Shown here: piece by piece, positions 23,317 to 35,700 of the stretch
Numbering within the stretch: position 1 is the first letter of the stretch
Layout of the letters: each line of letters starts with the position of its first letter
Origin: Trypanosoma brucei
Lineage: Eukaryota
DNA length: 64,000 bases
Assembly (NCBI GenBank): GCA_000002445.1
Contig: CM000207.1
Coordinates: forward strand, 1,664,001 to 1,728,000
Direction of reading: 5' to 3'
The notes under the pieces: generated by a model
Database searches by the model: none
Seen by the model: only the letters and a program-made list of their open reading frames with translations
What the model was told of the DNA's origin: nothing
Translations under genes and position numbers: made by a program

Positions 23317-24240
23317 TTACGCCATATTACCTTTAAGATAGCTGTAGAACCCCATTGTTAAAGCAGCGTTGGGCGCAGCAAATGTCACTCTGATCGGTAA
23401 GCCCTTCCACAGCGCACATACACCCTCGCTCTTAACAATAGCACACAATCCATCTAATAACCCCTTGTAACGGAAAGGAAATCCGTAAACGGCAGTTGGC
23501 TTTCCATTGACGGAGAGAACTGCCCGCTGTACCTGCAAGCGTGTCTTCACTAATTCCAGAGGGTTTGTTACGACGCAGGCGACAATATTCCCCATACCTC
23601 CTGCACAGAGTGAAGAAGAAAATGTTCCTAATGACATGTGCTCGTTGAGAACATTCTCAAAAACTTCGTAGCAACCAAAGTATACTGCCGAGTAGGGTCC
23701 GAAGGATGCCAATGTTGACCAATAACCCTTATATAAACCTCGCACACCTTCGTAGCGAGCGACAGTGCGGATGGCGTCCCAGTTGCCTTTGTATCGCCCT
23801 TCTACAAACGACGACTGCGCCTGCAGCCGTTCCTTCGTTACGTCAATAGGAACCCAAAAGATACAACTGACCGACTCGGCAAAGAGTCCACAAATAAGAT
23901 GAATAAATGAAGAAGGTATGGTGCTAAGAAAGGAAGAGGAATGGCTTGCACTCACATATCCCTGAAGGAAATCTCGAGACCACGTGTATGTTGTTAGATA
24001 CAGTGCAGTTCCCGGTGCAGAGCCAACAATCGCTACGCCCGCACCACGGTAGAAGGCACCTGGCCCTTCACGCCTCCAAATAGAACTCGCGACATGCCGC
24101 AGTGATCCCTTCGAATTTACATGAAGGGAACTGCTGCTATCTCCAAAGAAACCCGTGAAGGTCACAGTTTTAGCCGTATCGAGAGGATGACAAACCGCTC
24201 GGGCCATCACGCCAGCAAGAGCGGAGCATATTACATCCAT
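23317..24240 (-). CDS. Mitochondrial carrier family (SLC25) protein
   Basis: Three carrier repeats with the signature motifs PLDTAKT, PIDVTKERLQ and PLELVKTRLQ. ATG at 24238-24240. Confidence 0.85.
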   Translation of the reverse strand: MDVICSALAGVMARAVCHPLDTAKTVTFTGFFGDSSSSLHVNSKGSLRHVASSIWRREGPGAFYRGAGVAIVGSAPGTALYLTTYTWSRDFLQGYVSASHSSSFLSTIPSSFIHLICGLFAESVSCIFWVPIDVTKERLQAQSSFVEGRYKGNWDAIRTVARYEGVRGLYKGYWSTLASFGPYSAVYFGCYEVFENVLNEHMSLGTFSSSLCAGGMGNIVACVVTNPLELVKTRLQVQRAVLSVNGKPTAVYGFPFRYKGLLDGLCAIVKSEGVCALWKGLPIRVTFAAPNAALTMGFYSYLKGNMA

Positions 24241-27200
24241 ACTTGTGGCCTCTCCTAATGTGCCCTATTGCCTTGTAGTTTCCTCTCTTCCTTCCTTCTT
24301 TCTATTTGCGAGATGTCTGAAAAGGGGGACAAAAAACAAAGAAAAATTTAAAAAATTATGAAAGAGGCAATAAAAATAATAACAACACTAGTAATAGTAA
24401 CAACGATAGTAATAATAGCAACAATGATTATATAAGGGACAGAGGACCGCCAACACTCACTTATTACTGCCTCCCACAAACAACTAAGCGGATGGAACGA
24501 AGAAGAAGAAGAGTTAACCCATCGAATGACAGATGAGAGACAAAATTGTCCACCCCTTTGTACGCAGAAGAGAGTGCGGGCACTTGATGAAATAAATGAA
24601 AAATAACAAGAAATGAAGGACAACAATTCACCCATCCATCCCGACTTGAGGCCCTCAATTTATTTAACCCACCGCCGTTGAGTTCATAAATATAGGGATA
24701 CCCGGTAAAAAGAAGTAAAACGGAAGCAAGAAGGGGAAACCCTCCCTTTCATTCCTTCCTTCTTGTTTCTTGTTAGTCCTATTCCCTTTTTTTTCTTTTA
24801 TTTTTTTTTAATTTTCCTTTACATTGTGCTGAATTGAATTAGGAAGAAGGAAAGGGAAGGGAAAGGAAGGGGAAGGAAGAACATAAATTGTTGTGGCACT
24901 TTAAGCCACTCTGTTTAGTTTGCAGCCCCAACATCCTCTGTCCCTTTGTAAACTCCCCACTACGCACAAACACAGAATCAACTCGACACCAACAACAAAA
25001 CACTCAAAAAAAAAATACAAAAAAAAGGCAAGACCAGCGCCCCCGAGTGCCTCACCCCCTTTTGCGTGTGTTTGCGTGTGCGTTTTTTTTTTCTTTTTTG
25101 TTTTTCCCGTTTCTCTTTCTTTTTTTTTTCCTGTGTGTGTGTGTGTGTTTCTTTTTTTGCTGTTTTTTTTTTTTTGGCTCCCCCTCCCTCTCCCCAGAAG
25201 AAAAAAGAAGAAGAAGATGTTGACTCATCACATCGATTAATTCGGCGTTTTACCCTCCTTTACTACCTTTTTCACTTTGGATATCGCCCCAACTGAAATC
25301 AATTCTCTCAACGGAGAGAAAAACAAAAACAAAAAAACAAAAAAATTCCCTACCGCACGCACGCCTTTCCTCCGCTTTACCGCGGTCGCAAAGTTACACA
25401 AAACACAACAAATGGAACAAAACAAAAAAAAAGTAACCGCCTCCTCATATATCCCTTAAGAAGAAGTACGAAGGCATGAAGTGAATAGTTGGGAAGGAGG
25501 GGAGGGGAAATAGAGTGAGAAAAAGTAAAATGAAAAAAAAAATTAAGAAAGCTAAGACCAATGGAAAAGCAGTAACAAAAAGAAAGAAAAAAGAAGAGAG
25601 AAAGAAAAAAAAGAGAAAAAAAAGAGAGAGAGAAGGCTCCCAACCCCTTCTAAATGCCGGCCGGTGCAAATGCACATGAAAAAGAAAAAGAAAGTCATAA
25701 TGAACAGTTGCAGTTGAATGAGCAGCGCCAAGAAAATGAATGAAGTAAATGCATCACACGCGCACAAATATATAAATTAATTAATATATGTTCAAATAGC
25801 AGCATGCCTCACAATTGCCTTCGGAGCCGCCTTCAGGAAAAGGGGGAGAATGGAAGAAAAAGAAATTAAAAACAAAGGCGGGGAAAACAATCAAATAAAA
25901 TAGAAGAAAAAAAAAGAAGAAGTGATATTGTAACAACATGGAGAGAGAAGATAAGAGAAGATTTAAAAAAAGAAAAAGAAAAGAGGGATAAAAAAGAAGA
26001 GGAAAAAACTGAAGACGGAGAGACGAAAGAGAATTTTTTTTAAAAAAACAAACAAACAAACAAACAAAACTGAAATCAATAGAGAAAAAGACCCGCAACG
26101 CGTATAAAAAAGAAAAAGAAAAAGAAACTTTGATGGATGCAAATGCTATCAGCGCGGGGTGCGAATGTAGCGATGACTACTCATTGTCGTGGCGGACAGC
26201 ATCGCAACCTCTGCTGCTTCAGTTTGTTTGACTAATAGAAGAAAAGATGAAAAGATAGATTTTTTTTTAAAAAAAAAGAAACACTGCGGTGAAAAAGAAG
26301 TCATTAATATAGAGGCAATCACATCTCCACCTTCCGATCCTTAGGTTTCTGTTCACACACACACACACACATGCGCCCCAAAATTGAAATAACAGTTTGG
26401 ACGAAGGGGATGTGAAACATAATGAAAAAAAAAAAAGAAACGTACAAAAAACGTATAATTTTCTGCGGGATCACAATATTACGTTCTTTCAGTCTTTTGT
26501 CTTTTTTCTTCTAGCTCAGCTATTATTTTTTTCTTCCTTAAAAACTCTCTTTCTTCCTTTTTTTTTAATTCCTGATGCTTAATGCTTCTTTATTTATGTA
26601 TCTGTCACGTATCTGTCTCTTGATATTTATAAATTCTTTAGCATTTGAAAGCATTTGTTAGGAGCCCATCGTCCACATTGGCAACATCCCGCGCCATCCT
26701 TCACGCAGCAAACTGACAGATATATAAATAAATACAAGTAAATAAATAAACGCATATGTAAATATAAATATTGATATGTATCCGCCAGCACTATTTAGTA
26801 ACCGTGTCTGTGTTCATGCTACCAACAATAAACGCCCGTACACACGCCTCAACATCATTCCGCCAAGGCGATGAAAAGAAAAACAATAATAAAAGTAGAA
26901 TTGGAAGGAAAAAAAACAAACAAACAAACAAACAAACAAAAAGAAAGAAAGAACAGACAGAAAGGTAAAAGGTAAAAGAAGAGCAGCACAACGTTCTATC
27001 CGAGTAACGCCAACTTGTACATTTATGTACCTCCCATTGGTATCACTCAACAGCGACCATCGCGCATGGAAAAGGGGAGAAAGTAGTGAAGGAATGAGAG
27101 AGATTTCTTTTTTAAAAAAAAAAAGGAAGGGGAAAAGAACGAACTGCTAGTAAAATACCCCGCAGTGTAGCAGCAACGAAATCAGATCTGAAACAAACTA

Positions 27201-27759
27201 AAAGAGGCATACGTGAAAAAGAAAAAGTAACTCGTTGCATAAACGAATCGTTCGTCCTGCTCCCCTCACCGCAATTTTTCTCGCAAAAAAAAAAAAAAAA
27301 GTTGAATCCCACGCGTATTTTTTTTTAATTGTATAACTCTATAAAGGTAGATACAGTTATAAATGGGTAGTTGCTTTCTTTTCCTCTTTTTTGCTTTCTC
27401 TTCCTCATCCTTCCCCACACACCACGTCCCTCTCCCCACATCTCCTGTTTTAAACTTGAATGAGCGACTACGGTGTTATCACATGAAACAAGCAGCTCCT
27501 CATTATTAACGATAGCGCTGACAGAAAATATTTAAAACGAACATGAGGCCGCTACTCCCTCAAGTTACAAAAAAAAAATCAAAAACTCACCTTTAAATAG
27601 CGAGTTATAAAGACCCAGCCACCAAAGCATACGTGTGCACGCAAACCTGTGTGCAACAGACCCCCTCACTGACAGGATTTACCTGTTGAATGGTTCAAAC
27701 CCACAGCCACCGATTTGCCATAGAATCTCAAAGTTTTCTCCATCTCTCCATTTTGCAAG

Positions 27760-29397
27760 CTAGCGGCGCTGGTTGGGCTGCTTCGCCTGCTGCTGTTGTG
27801 CGAAAAGCACTTGTGTGCCGGGAGGAAAACCTGTGGCACCCACAGTGTATGGTGCCGTACCATCCGCGGGGCGGTAAAACATCATCGGTTGCTGAGCCTG
27901 ACTAGGCACAAAACCTGCAACATAATGGCCGGGCATGGCCGGCTGCGCGTAATACGGTGCTCCTTGAGCGCCACTCACAATTATTGGAACGGGTTGAGGG
28001 ACGCCAGTTTGACGGTGCTGCGGCTGCGGTGGAGCTTGCACCAGTTTTTGCATTTGTTGTGGTGCAACCTTCTGAACGGGAACCCCCCACGGCATTTGGA
28101 CAGGCTGTTGCTGCGGCCGTTGTTGCTGTGGGACATGTGCAGGTAGTTGGGTTGTCGACATTTGTGGCGGCGTCATATGGCCGGAAACCGAAAGTAACGG
28201 TGGGGCCCCTGTGACGGGTACAGCACTTCCTGGCATTTGAGACATGACCGCTGCCTGCGGCTGAGTCTGTGGGCGACCCAAACTTTGCTTCACCTGCATG
28301 AGTAACTGCTGCTCCAGGGCTGTTGCCTCAATAGGTTTACTTTCCACCTCCGGTTGCCTGCTCACCTTCTGCTCGCTAATGAGTCTCTGCTCCAAATCGT
28401 GAGCGTTCCACGTGCGGGGTTGGTTTGACGCCGATGTCTCGGTGGGTTGTGTAGCTGGCGCACGGGCACTCGTAGCAGCACCCGCTTCCACCGAAGGCGC
28501 TGCGGGTACCGAGTGCAAAACTGCTGGTTGCATCGATGGCTGTGTTGGCACCGCGCCCGCATGCTGGGTCGGTGCTGTCGACGGAACACCTAAGGACAGA
28601 CTACCGGTCAAAAGTGAATTCATACCTACATTGGCGGAAGGATTCTTACGTTCAAGCGCCGCATCAACGCCGGTGGGCTTCGAAGCTTCCACATTGTTCC
28701 ACACAACGTTACCGCTCGCTGGGACCATGGACGGCAAGGCCCACGGGTCTTTGACCTGATTCAAAGAGGCACTTGTCAGGGGTTCTGATATTGCCTGCAC
28801 CAGAGGAGCAGAGGTAGGGTTTGTATCCTGGAAACCAGAGTTTGCCCCAGAGAAGAAGCGTGACTTGGCTACTTTCTTCCCCCCCTCACCACTTGGTGCT
28901 ATGCTAACCATCAACCGTTCTATCTCATCGTCAACCTCTGCCTTTACTTCAGTTCTGGAGGGGGAAGAGGGACCCCATTTGTTGGTGTCGTTTTTGCCCT
29001 CATCCTTTGAAGAGGCTGCAGCGTCACTCCTTTGCTTCTCCCTCTCCATGGTTTCCTGCAGTGCCTGCTTCTTAATGGCATTCCGCTCCAACTCATACTT
29101 GTACCCCTCTTCGAATGCTTCCTGATCCCTGCTTCCCCTCCAAGAACGGGATGGGGGAGCAAAGCGTTCGCTGTTTGTTGCCCGCTTCGATGCTGGCCCA
29201 AGCGCTCCATTTTTCGAGTCGGATGACTTTTGACCGGTGGCGTCGTGGCGGGTTCCATCCGGCGAAGAGGACTGCACGGGGCACTCCGTTTCGATTATGC
29301 TGAATTTCTGTAGTACCTCCTCGCTCAAGGTGAATTCTTCTGGTCTCGGTGCAAGTGAGAGAAGTTCAGGGCGAGTGTATCGAATTGTAGTTCTCAT
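27760..29397 (-). CDS. 4EIP: eIF4E-interacting protein-like (4EIP-like) with an N-terminal YXXXXL-phi eIF4E-binding motif. The start is the ATG at MRTTIRYTRPELL; the codon at 29401-29403 is TTG.
   Basis: The N-terminal YTRPELLSL fits the canonical eIF4E-binding motif Y(X)4L-phi. The rest is Q/P/A/S-rich low complexity (QQQRPQQQPVQMPWGVPVQKVAPQQMQ...), typical of kinetoplastid 4EIP. Its position between the two PKAC copies matches T. brucei chr9. Confidence 0.7.
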   Translation of the reverse strand: MRTTIRYTRPELLSLAPRPEEFTLSEEVLQKFSIIETECPVQSSSPDGTRHDATGQKSSDSKNGALGPASKRATNSERFAPPSRSWRGSRDQEAFEEGYKYELERNAIKKQALQETMEREKQRSDAAASSKDEGKNDTNKWGPSSPSRTEVKAEVDDEIERLMVSIAPSGEGGKKVAKSRFFSGANSGFQDTNPTSAPLVQAISEPLTSASLNQVKDPWALPSMVPASGNVVWNNVEASKPTGVDAALERKNPSANVGMNSLLTGSLSLGVPSTAPTQHAGAVPTQPSMQPAVLHSVPAAPSVEAGAATSARAPATQPTETSASNQPRTWNAHDLEQRLISEQKVSRQPEVESKPIEATALEQQLLMQVKQSLGRPQTQPQAAVMSQMPGSAVPVTGAPPLLSVSGHMTPPQMSTTQLPAHVPQQQRPQQQPVQMPWGVPVQKVAPQQMQKLVQAPPQPQHRQTGVPQPVPIIVSGAQGAPYYAQPAMPGHYVAGFVPSQAQQPMMFYRPADGTAPYTVGATGFPPGTQVLFAQQQQAKQPNQRR

Positions 29398-30811
29398 TGT
29401 CAACCCTACCTTGATTCGATCACTAGTTAGTTCTCTGTTAATTTCTTTTTTCTTTTTTTTTCCTTTTTTGGAGGGGCAATTCTTTTTCCTTTTTGTTTGC
29501 CTAAACCCGTTCCCCTATATCGCTATTCAGATACAATGTTATACCACTTCTCTGGGTTTATCACACTGCTATTATTAGTAACAGAAATAGGTTCTTCTTA
29601 TTCCTTTCACCCGAAAAAGATAAATAATCAACCCAGAGGACGTCCCTGATCCTGTCGTGTGGGTCGCCGCTGATCCTACTTTTTTTTTCTTCTTTCACAA
29701 AAATTCCCCTTCACCTGATTTTTTTTAATATTTCACCTTTTTGTCGGTGATTGATTGTTTTTTTTTAATTTTTGTTGTCTTGTTGTTGTTGTTGTTGTTT
29801 TTTTTTTTTGCTTAATTTCTTTTTTCTCTTTCAATTTAACTTTTTTTTCCTTTTCTTTTTGTTTCTATCTTTTTAACAGTAAAAATAATGATTTAACAGG
29901 AGAGCGAAAATTATCTTTCCTTCTTTTCGTGGAAAGTTCGGGTCAAAGTAAGTTTCGTTCAGTTAGGCGATCAGACAATCGCTTGGCGGTATACTTTAAA
30001 AAAAAAACGTTTGCGTTGAGGAACTGAGTCCAGTAAGAACACACATAAATACAAAGAACAAGTTAATGAAGAAAGAAAATGGAAGATGAAAGTGCAAATA
30101 TGAATGTAAAGATGGTGTGCGAACAGCAACAAAATGGTGGAAACGAAAAAAGAAAAGAAAAAGAAATGTGGGGTGATAGTGTATATACAAATGGAAACAT
30201 ATCAGGAAGGGGGAAAAAATTGCGACAATAGTAGTAAGAGTATTGGCGCCCAGATGACACACCCGACCACATACTTATTGATTACTCCGCTGGTACCGCA
30301 AACGCACAGACGCGCACCAGTGTATGTTTTATTACGCGCAAGGTTTCCTTTTGACATCCTCTTTTTTTACGACCGCACCACCACACACGGGTCGCATGGT
30401 AACAGTTAATACCCAATAATCGGCACTGCACTCGCGGTAACTCTTGAAAAGAGGCGGGCCGCGGCACGGCCGCAAGGTGCGTATTTAACGCGGTAGTAAA
30501 AAGGGGGAGAAAAGGGAGAAAAGCAACAGAACGATGTGCCTCACGTGCAACTCGCTGCCTAAGCGGGAGAGAGAAGCGTTCCCGGAAACACGATACTGGA
30601 GCAGCCTCCTCCAGGTTGGAAAGGAGAAAAGATTCAGTAAATAAACAAGAAGCGCAATAGAGAAATGAAAGATAGATAGATAGAAAGGGTATGTTAAATT
30701 TCATTTCTATATACTTTGCCGCATATCCAGTGATTCACTCCATTCTCTTCTTTCACTTCATCGCCATTACCGTCCCTGCACAACCGCAACCACAACTACA
30801 ACCACACCACA

Positions 30812-32797
30812 TTACAACACAATGGGATGATCCGCCGTCCCCAACCGCAAACCTCTGCCAACATCACCATCCTGCGACGCCCTACTTCCATAGTCTCCAA
30901 CGTTACCCCCCACCCTCCCTCGTCTGTAAACAACAAACGCCTCCCCGTCATCGGACGAGTCGGCGCCAAGTTCCGCCAAACCAAAAAAGGAATCGCTGGA
31001 CCCGCCGCATGCAACTACAGGCTTGAGTGGTTTATTTACATCATTGCTGCTCTCGTCGTCATCGTCAAGAACGACATCTACAACACCACTAACACTCTTC
31101 TTAGGTACCCACCGAAATGGAACATAGTCTTCATCCGTTTCCGCTGTGCTTGCCGTGTGAACTGCAGCTTTTGCCTCCCTGTCGTTCCTGACAAGTTGAA
31201 GGTACGCGGGGCATTTCTCACCTGCTTGTTGCAAGCACCGCAGCAACACGGTGTCAACGCGGATGTCACGGGGTGCAAGCGGTGAGTCACAAAGTGGGCA
31301 GTTCCAGTAACATCCACTGTGACAACCCTGAAGAAAGGAGCGACAGTCAAAGCATTGAAGGTGAGCACAATGGGCACCACGGATTGGAATGCTAATGCGT
31401 GCTTGAGAAATGGGACACTTCGTTGTGATGACGGGGTTGTCCACTACCATCTCATCTTTTGACATTTCCTCGTCCTCTAACACGCTACGGTACATGGCGT
31501 ACAAACTAGCATCGCGCATATTCTGCGGGTTGCATAACGGCGTAACGATACTATTCATCACCTCATCTTGTGGTACCAACTGAACTACCAACAATGCCAC
31601 CTGACTAACGTACTCCTTTGAGGTCACAACAAATCCAAGCTCCTGAGTGTGGCAATTTCTATTCAAAAATTGTGTTATATCCAAAGGAAGAAGGGTTTTG
31701 GTTACTTCCTTCCGCCGCTCGGGCCACCGCCGCCTCCACATTGTCATGACCGCTTGGCCGTTCACTGTTACCGCAATTTCCTTTATTACCGGCCACGACA
31801 TGGGAATAAATGGCGGCCGGAAGGGTACCACGTGCAGACGAAGCCGTCTTGACGCCACTCCCTCCAAATACTGCTGAGGAACTTCAAAAGAGTGATTGGC
31901 GCTACCAAAACACAGCTGCGTTTTCATTACTACGTGTAGCACACGGTGGAAAGGGGAACTGACTTCGTTTATGGCTTCAACGGGAAGGTTGTCGTCAAGC
32001 GGCAGAGACAAGATTTCAACAGCTGCATTCCCCACCCCACGTGGTAGTTGGTATTTCAAGCGATGTCTTACTGGAGCTGCGTTATTATTAGATGTGGAAG
32101 GGGGGAAACTGGTTGACGCCTTCGCACCCGATGGCTCATTGTGCTTAAGCGGTGTAACTGTCGGTGGTGGTGGTGGTGGTGTAGTTGCGGAGTGAGCATC
32201 TTTCACTTGTGTAGCACCACCTCCAGCATCTTTCCGCGAAGCAAAGAAACAGTTTAATGCTGAAGCTCCCTGAGCCGCCAAATCCTTCATTCGGCTTTTG
32301 TTGTCTACCGTCGCCGCAAGCCTCAATTCCCCATGCTCCTCCAAAATATCCCTCAGTGCGGCCATTAGTTTATTTAGCTCATTTCTCCGATAGTACTTGT
32401 ATATGTCACCCGACTTGAATTCACGCTGAAACACGCGCATACTAAGCGGTTTGCCAACCACTGCCCTCTTAAGACGTAACCACACCTCACCACTAAAACC
32501 TCCGCCACATTGCGAGCTGTCGTCGCCGCAGTCACCGTCACTGAAGCCTTCAGCAACAGCGCTGGCCTCACTACCGTTATAACTACTGAGAGTACTGCCT
32601 TCATCGGCACATTCACTATGCCTGCTTGAAGTTGTTGCACTGGTTCCCGCAGTGCTTTCACCGCCAGTGAGGAAACCCACCACGCATTCATTACTGGGCG
32701 TGGGTGACAAATACACACGGCTTCGCTTCCGCAGAGAGTTGTCTCCATTGTCAGTTTCGGAGTCGGCACGTTTTCTGGTTGCAGGTCGGATCACCAT
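30812..32797 (-). CDS. SIZ1: SP-RING (Siz/PIAS-type) SUMO E3 ligase. The start is the ATG at MVIRPATRKR; the ORF-track M at 32818 is GTG.
   Basis: The SP-RING/MIZ zinc finger CPISQARISIPIRGAHCAHLQCFDCRSFLQGCHSGCYWNCPLCDSPL matches the PIAS consensus CP..........R...C.H.QCFD............CP.C. There is a poly-proline stretch TTPPPPPPTVTP, encoded by (GGT)n on the plus strand at ~32165-32185. Confidence 0.75.
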   Translation of the reverse strand: MVIRPATRKRADSETDNGDNSLRKRSRVYLSPTPSNECVVGFLTGGESTAGTSATTSSRHSECADEGSTLSSYNGSEASAVAEGFSDGDCGDDSSQCGGGFSGEVWLRLKRAVVGKPLSMRVFQREFKSGDIYKYYRRNELNKLMAALRDILEEHGELRLAATVDNKSRMKDLAAQGASALNCFFASRKDAGGGATQVKDAHSATTPPPPPPTVTPLKHNEPSGAKASTSFPPSTSNNNAAPVRHRLKYQLPRGVGNAAVEILSLPLDDNLPVEAINEVSSPFHRVLHVVMKTQLCFGSANHSFEVPQQYLEGVASRRLRLHVVPFRPPFIPMSWPVIKEIAVTVNGQAVMTMWRRRWPERRKEVTKTLLPLDITQFLNRNCHTQELGFVVTSKEYVSQVALLVVQLVPQDEVMNSIVTPLCNPQNMRDASLYAMYRSVLEDEEMSKDEMVVDNPVITTKCPISQARISIPIRGAHCAHLQCFDCRSFLQGCHSGCYWNCPLCDSPLAPRDIRVDTVLLRCLQQAGEKCPAYLQLVRNDREAKAAVHTASTAETDEDYVPFRWVPKKSVSGVVDVVLDDDDESSNDVNKPLKPVVACGGSSDSFFGLAELGADSSDDGEAFVVYRRGRVGGNVGDYGSRASQDGDVGRGLRLGTADHPIVL

Positions 32798-35700
32798 GAC
32801 GATGCTCCAAAAACACACAGAAACGCCTCAGACTCGAAAAGAAAAACAAAAAGAAAATATAGTACCCCCAGGTGTTGGTAGCAGAGCTATTAACACTAAT
32901 GCACTGCGGCACCGCCTCCTTTCCCTCCACCTGCTACGAAATGTCTTCTTCCACTCTTATTTTTGTTTTTTTTGTTCTCCACCTACCCTTTTTTTTTCGC
33001 TTTTAAGCCCTATATGATATTAAAGCTAGAGGAGCACAAACTGGCTCTTAGCAACGCTAATATACCCTTCCCCCAGAAGAAATCATGAAAGCAACAGATA
33101 ATAATATACGTGTATATATGTGTGTAAATATATGTATATACATATAAACAAATATATACGCATCCATGTGCGTACGTGTGCAATTGCATACAGAAAGAAA
33201 AAAGATGCACACAGAGGAAGTAAGGACAAATGTCGGAAGAAAAGAAAACGAATGTTTGTCCCCTGCACACATCGCGAAACCACCAAAGGCGCTTTTTAAA
33301 CTTTCATGCGCTGCGCAGCCGCATCTCCCACAGCTCTACCCGCCAACGAAAGCGGGACAACACAGGCAGAAAATAGAGGGGATGGTAGAGTGATTTGTGA
33401 CATGTCGAGCACCTTGCGTCAAGCTCCCCAAAAACATGTCACATTCCAAGCGGTAATAAACGATCAGCAAAAGAATTATCATTAGAAGAAAAAAAGGAGT
33501 AATAGTATATAAACAAAACGAAAAATAAAAGGAAACAGAAGATAAAGAGAATGGAGACGTGTACAAGTTATTTCCAAAGGCTACGGCCCACACTTGGGAT
33601 CAGCGAGCAGATCCTCTGGAGTTATCTTTTTCTTTCCTTTAAACCTTTTTGTTGTCTTGTTTTGTTTTGGTTTTGGTTTAAACGGTATATATACATACAC
33701 ACACAAACACATACATAAATATAAACGATTTTTCTTTCTTTTCTCCCCCTTTTTTTATTAGTTCCTTCCTTTCTTCTCCATAATAAAGGGAAAGAGAGAG
33801 GTGGGCCGGCATGCGTACGTGAGGGTATCATTTGGTGCAACTCCTACACATTTTGTGTCGAGTCATTCACTACGATGTTAAATAGCTCAACCCTGCAGCG
33901 GGGTGGCGGAGAGGGGGGAAAAAAGAGTAAATGGAAGAGGTGCTGGAAAAATATCGACGAAACCAAAACAAAAAAAAGAAAAGAAAAGGAAAAAAAATAG
34001 TGGTACGACGCAGTGAAGTCAGCTAAAACCCCGAGTAACCTCACGCTCTAAACATTTTTGTCTCGTTTGGTGACGAGTCATTTCATACACTTCCTTGACG
34101 CACCGTGCACAAGAAGAGACATAGGGCATAAACTTCACGAATAGTCCATTCATAAACAACTTTTGCTTCCTTCTTTTTCTTCCTCTTCTTGTAAAAAAAA
34201 AAAACACTTTTCTTTTTCTCCCTTTTCCCATTAACCCGCATTTACTCCCGGTGTCGTTATCTTTCCGTCACCCTTCCATTCCCTTCACCGTAACCTCACC
34301 ACACATACACATTTTTCCCTCTTCCTTCTCCTCACGTCTTCCTTTTTTTTCTTTTCTTTTTCTCTTCGTTTTTCCCCTTTCCCTTTCCCCTACCGCCCTC
34401 TTCCCCCTTTTTGCACTTCACATATCCGGGATAACATGGGGAACGACGAAAACATTAATAATTACAGCTGCCCTCAGTCACATATTCGGCTTATCTTCGC
34501 CTCTGTGCCTGTCCTTTGTCATCTTTTTATTTATTTTTCTTTTCTTTTTTTTTTAATGTGTGTATATGTGGAATAGGACTTACATCATGCCGCGAGTATA
34601 ACAAAGCTTACCACGTACACGCGAGAAAAAAAGAAAACAACAGTAACAATAACAATAACAATAACAAGCAAACAAGCACGTCACAGTGCGTGCCTTCCTC
34701 TCTCTCTCTTTTCAGGCTAACAAACAATCAGACAGACACATACATATGTTTATTTATATATTTATATATTTAATTTGTACACACACAGACACACATACTT
34801 GGAAACATCCAGTTGTAATACCATCTCTCAGCCGCTGCAAACATCTCAACTCCCTGCACCTGTTACTTCCTTTCATTATTATCACTTTTTTTTTTGAACC
34901 TCTCCTTTTGTCCATTTTCTCTTTTATCCTAATTTATGTATCCCTGTCGTCTTCTTCAGTTTTTTCTCTCTTAAATGTTCAAATGGTGTTCAAACGCTTT
35001 TCCCCTTCTTCCCTTTTCCTTCTTTTATTTTACGATTCTAATCATCATATTCTTCTAAAACAAAAATGGGGGGATTTCAGACAGGAGGGATAAAACAACA
35101 ACAACAACATTTTTTCTCCTTTTCCCTACTTCGTTGCGCGTTCACGCGGTCGGACAACTCAGCAGTGCGCAATTAAACAATAACAAAAAAAAATCACTCC
35201 CCTCCAACCTTTTCAGCATCTATCAAATAACCCACACAAGGGAAAAAACAAAACAAAACGGTAGAGTCAGTGAAAAAGACACGGATAGTAAACGAAAGCA
35301 AAGAGAGGTGCAGAAAATAGGCGAAAAGAAAAAAAACATGGAAGATGTGGTGGAATGGAGCAACATTACCTTTCTTCTTTTTTTTTTCCCTCCCCCCCAC
35401 TCCCACTCACACTTCACCTCCTGCAATCACAATAGTAAGAGGTGGGTGGAGAAGCAGCCGCATTTCGCACGGAGGCGCGCCTCCAACCATACATAAAAAA
35501 TACCCATACACACACACACAAAAAAAAAAAAAGAAGCGACATTGAAACGGCACTCGCATTTTTACTCATGGGGTGTCATTTCTCTTTTTCCATTTATTAT
35601 TTTCTTATCGCTTCTGCTTTATTATTCATTCCCTCCACTTGATACCACACCCGAGTCACTTTCTCAACAATACCGGCGGCAGCATTTCTTCTCTCCACAC

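Noticed and set aside
29568-29584. gctattattagtaacag, a near match to the core of the trypanosome spliced-leader sequence (GCTATTATTAGAACAG)
   Set aside because: The spliced leader is added in trans from separate SL RNA genes. This is an isolated 16/17-nt match with no flanking SL RNA gene features, so it is most likely chance.
32165-32185. (GGT)n repeat
   Set aside because: It is not an independent element. It encodes the poly-Pro stretch of the SIZ1-like minus-strand CDS.
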